Part shown: positions 27,401-40,150 of the stretch, one piece after another
How positions within the stretch are numbered: position 1 is the first letter of the stretch
Layout: each line of letters begins with the position of its first letter
Source of the DNA: Euglena gracilis
Taxonomy: Eukaryota
NCBI GenBank assembly: GCA_039621445.1
Contig: CP154954.1
Location: forward strand, 27,144,123-27,208,122
Length of the DNA: 64,000 nucleotides
Reading direction: 5' to 3'
Position numbers and translations under genes: made by a program
The notes under the pieces: generated by a model
Told to the model about the DNA's origin: nothing
The model's input: the letters and a program-made list of their open reading frames with translations, nothing else
Database searches by the model: none

Positions 27401-30400
27401 TGGGTGCAGCCCCAGTGATCTGGTGCCCAAGGCTAGGCGAGGGCCGTCGCCCCCATACCACCACCAGGCCACGTACCCCCAGGGTGTAGCGAACGCTGCT
27501 GCAAGTGCGCCGCACCCCGAAGGCCGCCCGACCTGATGGCCGACTAGCGAGTCCCACGGCACCAGGTTGATTCCTGTTTGCTATCGGGTGCTGCCGTTCC
27601 GAAGGCCTCCCATCTTCCGCGCAGCACCCTGAGGACCCTTGCGGGCCCGCCGCTCGCTGTTACGCCCTTGGTATTGGGCTGCCCAAGCCCTACTCTACGG
27701 CTGGGCTACCTACGGTGAAATCGTGATAGATGTTTGAACTTTCATCAGCAGGCATCCTGAGGAAACAGAGATCACAACATGGATAAAGAATGTTTAAGCA
27801 CCTTGGCAGACACTGTGATTTTTTTCCGCGCCAGATAATCTGTACCAACACCACAGACCCTGCCCGGTTGGTAACGGGACAGGCAGTCACTTGCCTCTTG
27901 TCACTTTCATCTGTGACATAACGGAGACAGTTTCATGATATTAAAAAAACTGGCATACTGATGATGTACGTGGCATGAGGTTGCCCTTCAAGGTGCCACG
28001 TGCCTTTACAGCCCTGCCAATGCTCACAGAGGAGGTGGACAGATTAAAAAGCATTCCGCCATTGCATTTTGGTGCATTCCTCTTGGGACTGCCCCCCCCC
28101 CCCCCATTGTGTACCTCCCCCCAGGGGTACATAATGGGGGGGGGTACATAATGGGGGGGGGATGGTACCTTGGTCTGGACCCATTGAAGAGGAGTTCCAA
28201 CTCGGTGCCGATGAAACACCCCTTCAGTATGTGCCAGCCCTACCAGTGCTTAATCTTGCTGCCCCTTGCAAAAAGAATTCTTTATTGAGTCATTTTCCTT
28301 TAGTTTTGACATAGAGGTGACATGGAGGGATAGAGGAGCTTTGGACACTTTTGTACTGCTGGATGTAGGTTGTTGCCACCCGACGTTGCACGGCCACAGG
28401 TCAGAAGCTCATATTACTTGCCGTGGCACGTCCGCAGTCCGCAAGCAGGGAACTACGCGCAAGATCCGGCCAATCAACGTCTACGTCTTCGCGAGCAGTT
28501 GCGTGCACCGGTCGATCCCCGCGTTATGCCCTCTGCCGGTACGGGATCGACCAGGACTCACATTGCAGGACCTGGGTCTCGAATAAGCTACTCGAGCGAT
28601 ACTCAGCTTGGTACTACGCGCCAGCTACCTACCGCTGTAGGCTCGTCCGCGGCACACACTCCCCTCCCAAGAGCCTTACCACAGGAGCCCAGGTACATGG
28701 GGGGGGGTCCTCGACCCCCCATGTTCACTTCCGAACTGAACTGGACATGTTGACTTCACAGAGGGGGGGGAGAGGGGGTCCGTCGCTGAAGGCGCCGATT
28801 TTTTTATTTAAACCGGCGTTTGAGACGCCGGGTTCAGCACAGAACCGGCGTCCCCCCCACGGGTTTTCCGGACGCCGGTTCTGTCCTAAAACCCGGCGTC
28901 CGGTTTTCATTCCTAAAAATGTCACCAAAACTGCCCAAAAGTGGCCCTAAGGCCCTGGTATGACTGTTTCAACCATCTAGGACAATGAATTTTGGCATTT
29001 GGGGACCACTAAGGTGGATATCCAAATTTGGTGAAAATTGCCCCAGATTTGGAAATAGAGTACTGTGCAGCGTGGAAAGATCTGATGGGCACTGCTGGTC
29101 GTCTGTTGAAAAGAGCTTTCGATCGAGGTGGTACCCTAACGTTGCACGCAGCCCGAGATACGCTCGCGATCGTTGGATCGTCCAGAATCTTCGTCGAAAT
29201 TTGTGGTGATTTTTGATCCAGTTTCGATCAAGAGGCAGTCTGAACCATACAGAAACGATTTGTGTCTTCAAATTGATGATCTGAGGGATCCAGGGGGTAC
29301 CAGGATTGTGAAATTAGGATTTCCCAGCGACAGGAAATAAGAGCTCCAGGCGGCGTGGCTAAATTTGGTGGTCATCACTAGTCGTCTGATGAAAAGAGCT
29401 TTCGATCGAGGGGTGAGTTTGTACCTGATGACTGACACAGCCAGAGATAGCTCGCGATCGTCGGAAAATGGTGAAATCCAAAGTAGCGTAACATTGCAGA
29501 TTAGTGGTCGGAGATTGGTCCTGGGAGTGTCCTTTGACCGAAGGTTGGGGACGCGGTGTCAAAGGGGGGTAGGACGCCTGTTCAGGACCGGGTTCGGGAC
29601 GCGTCACGTCCGGGACGCCGGGTTCAGGACAGAACCGGTGTCCGACCCCTCTTTTCTGATATAGAAAAAAAGAGCCCTTTTCGGTGTTCGCCCGTCGTTC
29701 CGGTTTTCGGTTTTTTTCCTGAAGTGAACAGGTACATCCAGGTACACGGGGGGGGGGTCTCGGGACCCCCTGTTCACTTCCGAAGTGAACTGAACAAGGG
29801 GGGGGGGGGAGGGGGGTCCCGGGGTCCCGAAGTGGACTACCTAGCCTCCACACCAGCCCGCTGCGTCACCGAGGCCGTGGGCCCTGCTCGGGGTGTGCCT
29901 CGCACGGCCGTAGTTTGCTAGTGCCTCTCACGAGGACCCTCACCCCCGCCTATTTGGCTAATGGCCGGGCTCCTTCAGACCCCCAATCAGCCAATTAGGG
30001 GGGGGGGACAATTAGGGGGGGGGGGGCTCGAGGACCCCTACCCCCAATTTTTTTTCCCCTGTGCAAAATTTATCGATTTTTTGAGCATAGTTGGATTGGT
30101 CATGACTTTTTCTTATCCGGCGAATTTTAAAATTTTGGAAACGGACATTTTTGGAGGTTTTCTGAGCCCTTTTTGCGGCCTTGCCAAAATTGGCCGGTCT
30201 TGTCCCGGAGGCCAGTTAGCCAATTAGGGGGGGGGGAAATAGGGGGGGGGGTGAGGCCTGTGGCATCATTGCAAATCATGACGGAATCTGTGGCAGAAAT
30301 CAATTTTGAGGCTGAAACTTTCTCGCCTTCAGATTTTTTAGAAACAACAGAATCTGATTCTGACTCAGAGAGGAGGTCAATTACATGCATAAGGCCCATC

Positions 30401-33400
30401 ACAGTGGCAGGGCCAGAAAATTTACAGCTGGTTCCACTGCACAGCATTGATGATGAACCAGACCCCTCAGTTTACAAAAGTGAAACAGAGGGAGAAAAAA
30501 ATGCTGAAAACGCAATAATTAAGGAAATAGTCATGCGAAGAATGAAAGCTGCTAGCATATGGCCAGTAAATTTTTCAGGGTTTCAGCAAATTTATGTGTC
30601 GTCAGACAGCAGCCCAGGGCCAGAACAAAAAGTTTTGCGTTAACAGCCCAGCCAGAACCATTGTTGTTAACGCAGGGTTCTTACACCTAACGCTCACAGT
30701 TTTTGGGATGTTTTGCCATAATTTTTGGCATTTTTGCCAAAATTTTTGGAACCTTTTGCAAAATATTTGTGTACGTTTTGCCATAATTTTGGACAGTTTT
30801 GCCAAATTTTTGGAATTTTTTTGCAAATGAAAAGAGTACTCTTTTCAGAGATTTGGGACTCCGCCGTCTGACAGTTTTGGGACTTTTTTTGCAAGTTTTT
30901 GGGACTTGCCATTTTTTTGTTCCCCTTTGCCCCTAGTGTGTGTTTTTGGAATGCCTGTCCATCCAAACCCCGGCATGGCTGGCAGCTCGTTCAAAACGAA
31001 GCCAAAAAATGTTTTTTTTCAAAAAAAATCCAAAAAGCATTTTTTTCTCCAAACAAAAAACTCCAGCTTTGCCAGATTGGATGCTGCACATGCAGCCCGT
31101 CGACCAAGAAGGTGTTGTCGCCATCTGACCGAGGATGAACTGGAGGACGTCTTCTGTGGCAAAAAATGCGTCTTAGACGCATACTCCGTCCTGAGTCCTG
31201 TGTTTTAAACACAGGACTCAGGACGGAGGGTTTGCTGGCAGGGCTGGCCAGTCGAAAAAAAATTTGTACCCATTTACCTAAAGTGCCCATTTTGGCACAA
31301 AATCAGCCAGAAAACATATTTCCCTCCCTCCCTCACCCCCCAATTGGCCAATTGGTCTCCAGGACAAGACGGACCAAATTCGGTAAGGTTGCAAAAGGGC
31401 TTGGAAAGCCTCCAATAAAGTCCGTTTTGATATTTTTGATATTTTCCGAATAAGAAACGTTGTGGCAAATCCCACGAATCCCACTGTGCACAAAAAATTG
31501 ACCAATTTTGCACAGTTAAAAAATTAGGGGGATCCTTGAGCCCCCCTAATTGTCCCCCCCCCCCCAATAACAACACACCCCTCCACCCTTCAGGCGGAAA
31601 AAAAAGGCCAGTTCAGGGAAGTGGACATTTTGGGGGGGGGTCAAATTTGCTTTTGGCACCTTTGGCGTCGAAGGCAAATGGCTACTTTCTTTGAGGGGGG
31701 CAAAATTGGCAAAACGCTTTGGTCACTTCGGGGCAGGGGGGGACACTGGGGGGGGGGTGAGGCATTTTTACTGGGTATGATCTGATTTACATCAGCTGTG
31801 TTGCTCTGAAGAGCCGTGGGGTTGCTGGTTTGTTTAGAGAGTTGTTTGTTGGATTTGGAGAGCTTTTGCAAAAAGTCCCAAAAATTTTGACCGCCGAGTC
31901 CCAAAGTCTCTGCAACGGAATCCCAAAAATGTGGCAACGGTCCCAGGCGTTTTGGCAAAAGAGCCCAAAATTATGGCAAAAGTGGTCAACAATTTTGGCG
32001 GGACGTCCCAAAATTGTGAGTGTTAGGTGTAATCGCGGTCAACACAGCCAGCTGCCCAACTGCAGGTTTTTCAGCCAGCCCAGCCGTTTTCGGCTGAGAT
32101 AGCTGTCCCAGCCCAGATGCCTGGGCAGTTTTTTTCACCCAGCCCAGCAGTTTTTGGCTGAGTCATCTGTCCCACCAATCATGGGGCCAGCCCAGATGAC
32201 TTTACAGGGTTTTCAGCCAGCCCAGCAGTTTTCGGCCAAGACATCTGTCCCAGCAACCATGGGGCTGTTGGGGGTGTGGGCCTCACAACCCCCACAACCC
32301 CCTGGTGGCTGGCCCCTGGCGCCTGCAGGCCCTGCCACTGGCTGGGAGCCATCAATTCACCCAGGGGGCCTGGCACCCACCTGGGACTTTCCTTGGCACT
32401 TTTCATGGTAATCCCACTTCCCAATTCCCAGCGCTGGCACAAATCAAGACACTTTCCAGAACTGAACCACCAAAGTCAAACTGAACATGCTGCGTGCCAC
32501 TACAAGCAAAAACACAGACATAATTTTACGTAAATCCTAATTCTTCTGCTGGAATCCTAATTTTCTTCTCAGCGCCCACACTTCCCTCCTTAAAAAGCTT
32601 CCCAAGGCAGCCAAACCCGCCTTCGGCAAAAGGGCGCTGGGTATTTTTTTGGCAAACACAATCTCGACTCCGTCTTTCTGTCTGTCCGTTTTTTTTTCTT
32701 CGTTGGGGGCGGGGCGGGGTTCGAAGGCTGACCCTTAGGGGGGTCGGTCTCCTACAGCAGCACGGGGGAGCAGCAGGCACCCGCACCACCTTGGGCCGTT
32801 CTGGCAGGGGTTCCCCCCCGGAACAGTCCAAAGATACCCCTTGGGCGTCATCTCTGGAATTTTTTTCCTCCCGTTTTTTTTCCCGTCTCTCTTTTTTGCC
32901 CGTCCAGAGATGGGGGTCCAGGGGCTGGTGAGGGTCCTGGGAAGGGGGCTCGCAGGTGCAGGGGGTTACGAGTGGGAGGGTTTCGGCCACAGGCCCGGGA
33001 GGAGGACCCAGCCCACACCGCCCCGGCGGGCTTCGGCCACAGCGCCTGAGGGCTTCGAGTCGTCGACTGCCGGCCACGGCTTGGGAGGGCTTCAGCCACA
33101 GCACACGGGAGGGGACCCAGCTCCACCGTCCCGGGAGGGCTTCGGCCACAACCCATGAGGGCTTCGAATGGGCGGCTTCCAGCCACAGCTGGTGAGGGCT
33201 TCGGCCCAGGCTTGCAAGGGGGTACATCAGGGCTGCATAGAGGTAGAGGTAGAGTTCAAAGGTCTCCACCTCTATGTCAACCACCTCTACCTCTACCTCC
33301 ACCTCTATGTCACCTCTATGTCTATAAAATGTACCAAAAGTGCCACAAAAAGAGTCATAAAACACCCCATATGCTCGGAAAATGGCAATTTTGCATGAAA

Positions 33401-36400
33401 ACCCATGCAAAACGGCGAGGGGATGACAGGACAAGAGCACTTTTTTTGGCCAAAAATGGTCAAAATTAACCGAAAATGGCATTTTTGGATTAGTTTTCAG
33501 AAATTTTGATGGAAATACATGAGCCATCAACCTCAAAATGACTATTTTGAGAGGAGAAACAGCAAAATTTCTTCCATCAAAATTTCACCCCTAACCGCTT
33601 TGATGATGATGATCAAAGTGGTGAAGTTCACTGGTGAACTTCACCGGTGAAAAATAGCCAAGGGTGCCCCCCCCTCCCCCCCCGGTGAGAATATTCGGTG
33701 AACTTCACTGGGGGTCCGAGACCCCAAGAGCATAATCACCCACCAACCCACCCCCTGGGGGGACAGGGGTGGGGGCAGCTCGGGGGGACCCTCTTTTGGG
33801 GGGTCAATTTTGGGGTCAAAAAATTGAATTGAATTGAATTGAATTGAATTGAATTGAATTGAATTGAATTGAATAGAAAAAAAACCTGCCTCTGGCGGGG
33901 TCAGGGGATTTCTTAAGGACCCCCTGCGGGGGGGGGGGGTCCAGCCTCCGGCTGGAGAAAAGGCTGGTGGCTGGAAACGAACTGCTGCTGGACCCCCCCC
34001 CCCCGGGGCACCCTTAGGGCAACACATGACAGTCAGCATGAGGTCCTACCAGGCGTTTCCTTAAGGGATTGCAGTACCCCCCCGGGGGGGGGGCTGGACT
34101 GCAGCTAGTCCAAATTTGGCTAGTGGGTTTTCTAGCAGACCCCCCCCCCCCCCGGGGGGGGCTGCTAGCAGGGCTAGTCAGTGGGAAAACCCACTCCAGC
34201 GACCCGCCCGACGCGCCCACAAATTCTTTTGGGCCCCCCAAAAATGGCCAAAAATGCCCGTTTTTGGCCATTTTTGGAAATTTTTGGAACAAAATCAGCC
34301 AAAAACCTATTAAAAACCTCATTTTTCCTCCGGCGCGCAGCGCCGGAGGAAAATTTTTTTTCCAGTCCGGGGGACCCCCGGACCCCCCCCCCCCCCCCCC
34401 CCGGGGGGGGGAGGGGGGGGTCTAGCTAGTCCACTTTTTCCAGTGTCTAGCCGATTGGCTAGCCAGTACCCCCCCCCCCCCGGGGGGCCTTAAGCAAAAG
34501 CCTGGGTTCTACACATGGCCACACACTGCTGCACACATGCCGACGTTGCTACCACCACCACCGGCAGCAGCAATGATGCTATGGAGTGAATATATTTCTC
34601 ATCAACATTATTCATTTCATTCCCGAGGAATAAATAAAGCTCTGCCTGCCACTTCTTCACTTTAAAACAAACCGTGGAGGGTGAATGCCTGGAAACAATC
34701 TGCAAGACGGTTGGGATGCCACAGGACATTGGCTTGACGGTGTGTACATAGGTATATACAGGCGATGGTGTCGCGGCCGGCATGCCGGCAGCCCGTTTAG
34801 ACAGTGGGGGGAGGCAAGCCATAGCCACGTCCACTGTTGAGCTTGTAGGCATCGGGATGAAAAAGTCAACCATATGCCACCAAATAAGGCTTTAGAAGTG
34901 TCACACCCGGTGAAATTTCAAACGGTGAATTTCACCATAGGGGGGAGGGGAGGGTCCAAAATGACCAAAGTCTACTGCCTGATCTCCCTTGGTCTCTATG
35001 TTGAGAAGACCTTCTCCAGCCTTGGGCGGTGATGGCAAGGGACTGGACAGAAAAAGTTTAAAAATTAATCATGAAATTTCAAGTTTTGCGTATTGTTTCA
35101 GAGCATGCCTTTCAACAATGTTTTGGGGACAAACCAATCAGAGGTTTTGGACCCGGGGGGAGGGGGTGGTCCGAAGGCTTACCCCCCTACCCCCTCAAAA
35201 GCAATGGTTTCAAATTAGGCAGGCCTTCCTGTACACCACTGCCTTTTCTTTTTCTCCCGCGTCCTCTTTTCAGGTTCACAACCATGCAGGTTCTCACACC
35301 CATGACGTTGTACTCCAACGGGCGCAGCATCACTGTGTACGCCCCCCCTCCACCCTCTCCCCACCCCTCCGGCAGGTGGAGGCTTCCCACCCAGTGGTCC
35401 ACCGCTTCCGCCGTCTATTGGGATTCCAAATGCCCCTGCAGCCGCCGCGGAAGGTTGGAATCCAGGTGCCGGCCCTTTGGGCTCTCCTGGCACTTTTCAT
35501 TTGAGTCCGCTTGGCATTTGTCTCAGCTTCAGGTTCCCGATGATGTCATGCATTACCTTATCTAGTAATCCATCCGTGCATTTCTTTTTGTGTTTTGAAA
35601 AAATGGATTATTTCGCAGGTTTGCACGGGTATGGGATCTCACCAGTTTTTTTTTAAAAAAACTCCGAACGGTTTTTTCTTCTTCAAAAAATGGGTCAAAA
35701 TGCTTTTGTTTTGAATCACAGCCTTTTAATCTTCAAAAATCCCTCCTCATTGAGTCAGATTTGCTATGCCGATGCCCCCAGGTGGACAAATAGCTGGCCA
35801 GCCTGCTCAGTTTACCTTAACTCCCCCATACATGGATTGTCATCACCAAATTCACATACCTACATTCATTCCCGCCATTCCCTGATTCTCGTGGTGATTG
35901 CCAATACGGGCAGTCGGTTTGAGCTTTTGATGCCTGGAAGAAGCCGAAATGGGTGAAGTGCTCTTTGGTCTCCAGCAAAACCATGCTGCGAATTGCAAGG
36001 TGTTTTGTTCACCCAGCATACCAATGCTGAATGATACCAAAAAGATAACCAAACACTCACCCCACCGGTCCCTCTTGTTCCTTAAAAATTCGTTTGAAGC
36101 CTTCTGAAATCAGGACACCTTAAAAACTTCAGCCCGAAAATGTTTTAATTATTGTGAATTCTGCAAGCCAAGGTTGAATTGTAAATGGGACGAATTGAAC
36201 CCAGCAGCGAAGGAGTATCATTGCCTGCTTTTCTTTTCATTGTCCTCGGGGTTTGTAGGGTTCATATGGGGCTCATACCAACCCCGCCTTGGCGTATTGG
36301 ATGTGGGGGGCAGTTGACCCAAGAGCCCTGTTCCTTGCGTGGGGGATCCCGAGGGTGGGTCAAAAATGTTTTAACTGACCCACCCAGTGGATGACGTTCA

Positions 36401-38347
36401 TGAGTGGAAAAATGCCAGTTTCTAGCGTTTATCAGGCCTGTGTTGTGGTTTTTTGATCTTTCAATACTCACACTCCAGAACTTTTGGACCACATCTTCAC
36501 GGTTGCAAGCCAGTCCTTGACCCCATTACCTCCGGCAGTGGGCTTGTCAGGACCGCTCCACCTTGCACCCCCCAGCCTGCTGCCCGCCAGCCCGCCTCTC
36601 TTTGGGCCCGGCCCCGTGGCCCCCACTGTGGTCCCTCCCATCCCTGCAACGCCTGGGCCGATGGGAACCCTGTTCAGCGGGGTCCCCCCCCAGCCCCAGC
36701 CCCCTCCCATCGTTCCCGAGTGGACGTTCATTTACCCATTTCCCCATTCCGGAAAAATTCACTCCAAAACAACGTTTTCTGCTCTTTTATTTTTGTATCA
36801 GTTCACTTGGACTTTCTCCGCGACTGTGAAACGCTTCCCTCCGATGAAGTCATTATCCGTGTGCGGTTGATGGTCAATCAATGCCCAGCCCCAATCTTTT
36901 CTCCATCCCAGCTCCGACAGTGCCTGTCCTTCCAACCACAGAGTGACTCATATTTCCAAGCAAGTTAACTTCCAGGCGCTCCCCACCGCCCTTCAGGAAG
37001 AGCATGTTGCTCCTGAGAGGGACGACGAGTCTCTTGGCTACATGTTTGCTCCAGCAGGCTTTATCCCAAGCTGTGGTTGCAACAGCATTTTTTTTTAAAA
37101 AAAACCAAAAGTTGTTCCAGGTGTTCAGAGTTGCCTGGCTGACAGAAATTAAATTATTAATATTATTAACATTGCAGGGGGGGAAATGCGTTGCGCATTT
37201 TTCCGCATTTTTGCGCATTTTTTGCGCATTTTTGCCAATTTTTCAAAATGCGCATTTTTTGCGCATTTTTTGCACTTTTTTTTTGCACATTCCCCCCCGT
37301 TTTTGCACATTTTCCATTTTTTGCGCATTTTTTTTTGCGCATTTTTTTGCCCAATTTTGCACATTTTCCATTTTTTGCGCATTTTTTGCGCATTTTTTGC
37401 CCAATTTTGCACATTTTGCCATTTTTGCACATTTTCCACCCAAATCACATTGCTCACCGAATTTTGCCCACGTTCAACTGACCCATTTCTGTAACCAACG
37501 AACCCATTTTCGCACTTTTTTTCCACCCAAGGGACCCACGTCAAGAGAAAAACCCTTGGGTGATGATGAGGTGTGGGTACTCATCCAATGACGATGACGA
37601 CACTAGGGGTTTCAGAGACCCCACATTGACACGTAACCAAGGCGGGACTCCCACTCCCCTGGTCACAAGTAAGGGGCAACCATGGCTGACATTGTTGGTT
37701 ATGGTGAACGGAGAGTGACGCCTTGGTCATGCATTTTTTGGCCAAAATGCCTTCATTTCAGCTCTTTTTGGTGATTTTGGTTTAATTTTGGGTTTACTGC
37801 TGGAAATTTTTCTAAGTCCTTTTTCCCTCAGGAATGTCACAAACTCAGCGCATTTTTTTGTGCATTTTTTTTGTGCATTTTTGTGCATTTTTTTGCGCAT
37901 TTTTGCGCATTTTTTCCGAGGGCCGTCCAGCGCATCCCCCCCCCCCCTGAACATTGTTAATTAGCCATTATTGATGGTGGAAAGAAATTAAACCGCCTCA
38001 TGGGGTGGTCCACAGTGAAAAAAAAAGAGACTTCCGACTTGGTGTTTGAGAAGGACCATTCACAACTGATTGTTAGAAAATACATGGTACGCTTCCTTCA
38101 ATAATAATCGGAAACTGTAGTGAAAGACTTTCAGAAACGGGTCCCAAAATGGCATTAATGTGGTAAAGAGCGGTGGCGCAATGCGGAGCTATCCCGAGGA
38201 TCCTTAAGTTCTGTTGAATTATTAAAATAATAAATAAACAATGAACGGAGGGAGTTTATCAAGGTGGGTTCAGTTGTATTCTGGCAGAAAATATTTCTAT
38301 GTTGTTGTTCCTGTTGCTGTTTTACCTACCTTGGATAATTTGCTTCT
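24439..38347 (+). repeat. Tandem segmental duplication, copy 2 (~13.9 kb)
   Basis: Ends ataatttgcttct like copy 1; lacks the 16056-17420 block. Confidence 0.95.
27800..28280. pseudogene. Second copy of the pogo-like transposase remnant
   Basis: Near-identical to 12655-13135; has RGKK. Confidence 0.65.
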
Positions 38348-39976
38348 GGAAAACTGTGCTCCAGCTAACTTGTTACATTGTCTTCTGCATGTGGTTTCTG
38401 TGGATTTCTGGAATCTGTCGTTGCGTTGTTTGTGTGGTATTCCCTCCTGCCCATTGTTGCTCACCTGTTTTTTTTCCAGTGCTGCATGTGTGTCTCGCAC
38501 ATTTTTCATGTTCGCGTTGTTTCCCTCTCTGGTGTTATCAGTAACCCCCTCCCCAATAAGTGCACGGATGTGCACTTTTTTTTAGGAACCAAATTTTGAC
38601 CCTCGGCACATTATTGGAATGTGTCAAAATCACAAACCACGCAATCTATTTTAAAATATTTTTTCATGACATCCCCTTGTGAATTTCTTGTGATTTGGCC
38701 AAACGTTCCAATCAAATCAAAAAAGAATGAGGGGAGGAAAATTACGGGGGTGGCATCAAGTTTTCCTTGTTATGCACGTAAAAAAAGGGGGAGATGGGGC
38801 TGCAATGGTCACATCTGTGGGGGGGGGGGCAGTTTGATGGGCTGTCCGGGGGTGATAGGTCTGTTGACAATCATGGGGAATTCAGCAAACTGGTTAATTG
38901 TTTAATGAACTTTGTTTGTTTTTTCTGGGGGCTTTTTTATTTTTTCCGTCGTGTGCTTCCTTTTATTTTTTTGTTTGCTTTTTGCGTTTTCTGTATTGGA
39001 TTTTTCTGCCTTTCCTTTGGGGTCTTGCTCATCTGATCCTCATTGTTATTCGTTCTTTTATTCGGGTCTTCGTTTTCCAGTGTTTTTGTGAGCTTCCCTT
39101 TTATTGTTCTATCCTCACGTTTTTTTCCTTTTCCTATTATTTCCTGTTAAACCAGTTTTCTGGTGTTTTCCGGTTGTCGTTGTGTTTACTTACCTTGTTG
39201 ACTGTATTTCTTTTTGTATTTGTTTCTGGGGACTTTTGGTGGGCCTTCTCGGGTTTCTTCGTCCCTTGGTACATTGTTTCTCATCTTGGTTTGTTGTTTC
39301 TGTTCTGTCGTGTGCGGGTCTTGGCTTCGTTCGGTGTTTGTGTTTTTCCAGTGCCCCCATGTTGCTACTTTTTTGTCGTTTCCGTTTCCTCTTCCTTCTT
39401 TCAATCCCCCCTCCCTCTTTGTAATATTTTTTCAACTTTTCCTCCTACTTTTTGGTTTGCATCCAAATCGTCGCCCGCTAATATTTTTTCAGCACATCCC
39501 CTTTTCAATTGGGTGTTGGGGGCCACTGTGCCCCTTTTAGGCTCTAAGTTTTATAGAGTTGTGGGGGTTTCCTTCAGGTGGCTCAATTGGGTCCTGAGTT
39601 GGGTCGGGTTAGGAATGATCATGGGGGGCAGATGATGGTTCCGGGGGGTCATTGGGTACTTTGATGTTACATGGGAGCAGGTTTATGGGCAGCTTTTTCA
39701 TGACACATAGCTTTATGTGTAATTGTGAATAAAAATAGAATGATAACATGTGTAATAATTAAGAAGTTATAAAAAGTGCACTGGTGATGAACGTTGCAAA
39801 CTTGGAATTTGCCATCCTGATGCCATTTTTCTTTCATGAGACACTCTACTGGCTGCAGCAGCGCCACCTCCCGTCGTAGCAAGTGGCCCGGTTTACAGCC
39901 TGCCTCCACTGCCAGTTGCCCCTGCAGTGCCATACACTGCACCCTGCCCTGTTGGGCTCCCGTTCTGGGCCCTCAG

Positions 39977-40150
39977 GCCCAGATATCAGCGGCCGGGTAC
40001 CGCCTCCAGGAGCTCAACACTGGGACCAACCTCTACATCTCCAACCTGCCCGACCGCATCACGAAGGAGGGGCTGAAGGAACTCTTCTCCGCCCACGGCA
40101 CGGTGATGAGCTGCCGAGTGGCCCGGAAGCAGGGCCAGAGCCCTAGCCAT
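39977..40150 (+). CDS. RRM gene exon (RRM1 RNP2, TNLYISNLP)
   Basis: CAG acceptor ends at 39976; GC3-rich codons; no ATG before the RRM, so an upstream exon is missing. Confidence 0.85.

Noticed and set aside
38780-39660. 245-aa hydrophobic membrane-protein-like ORF
   Set aside because: T-rich degenerate sequence without motifs; probably noise like 16056-17420
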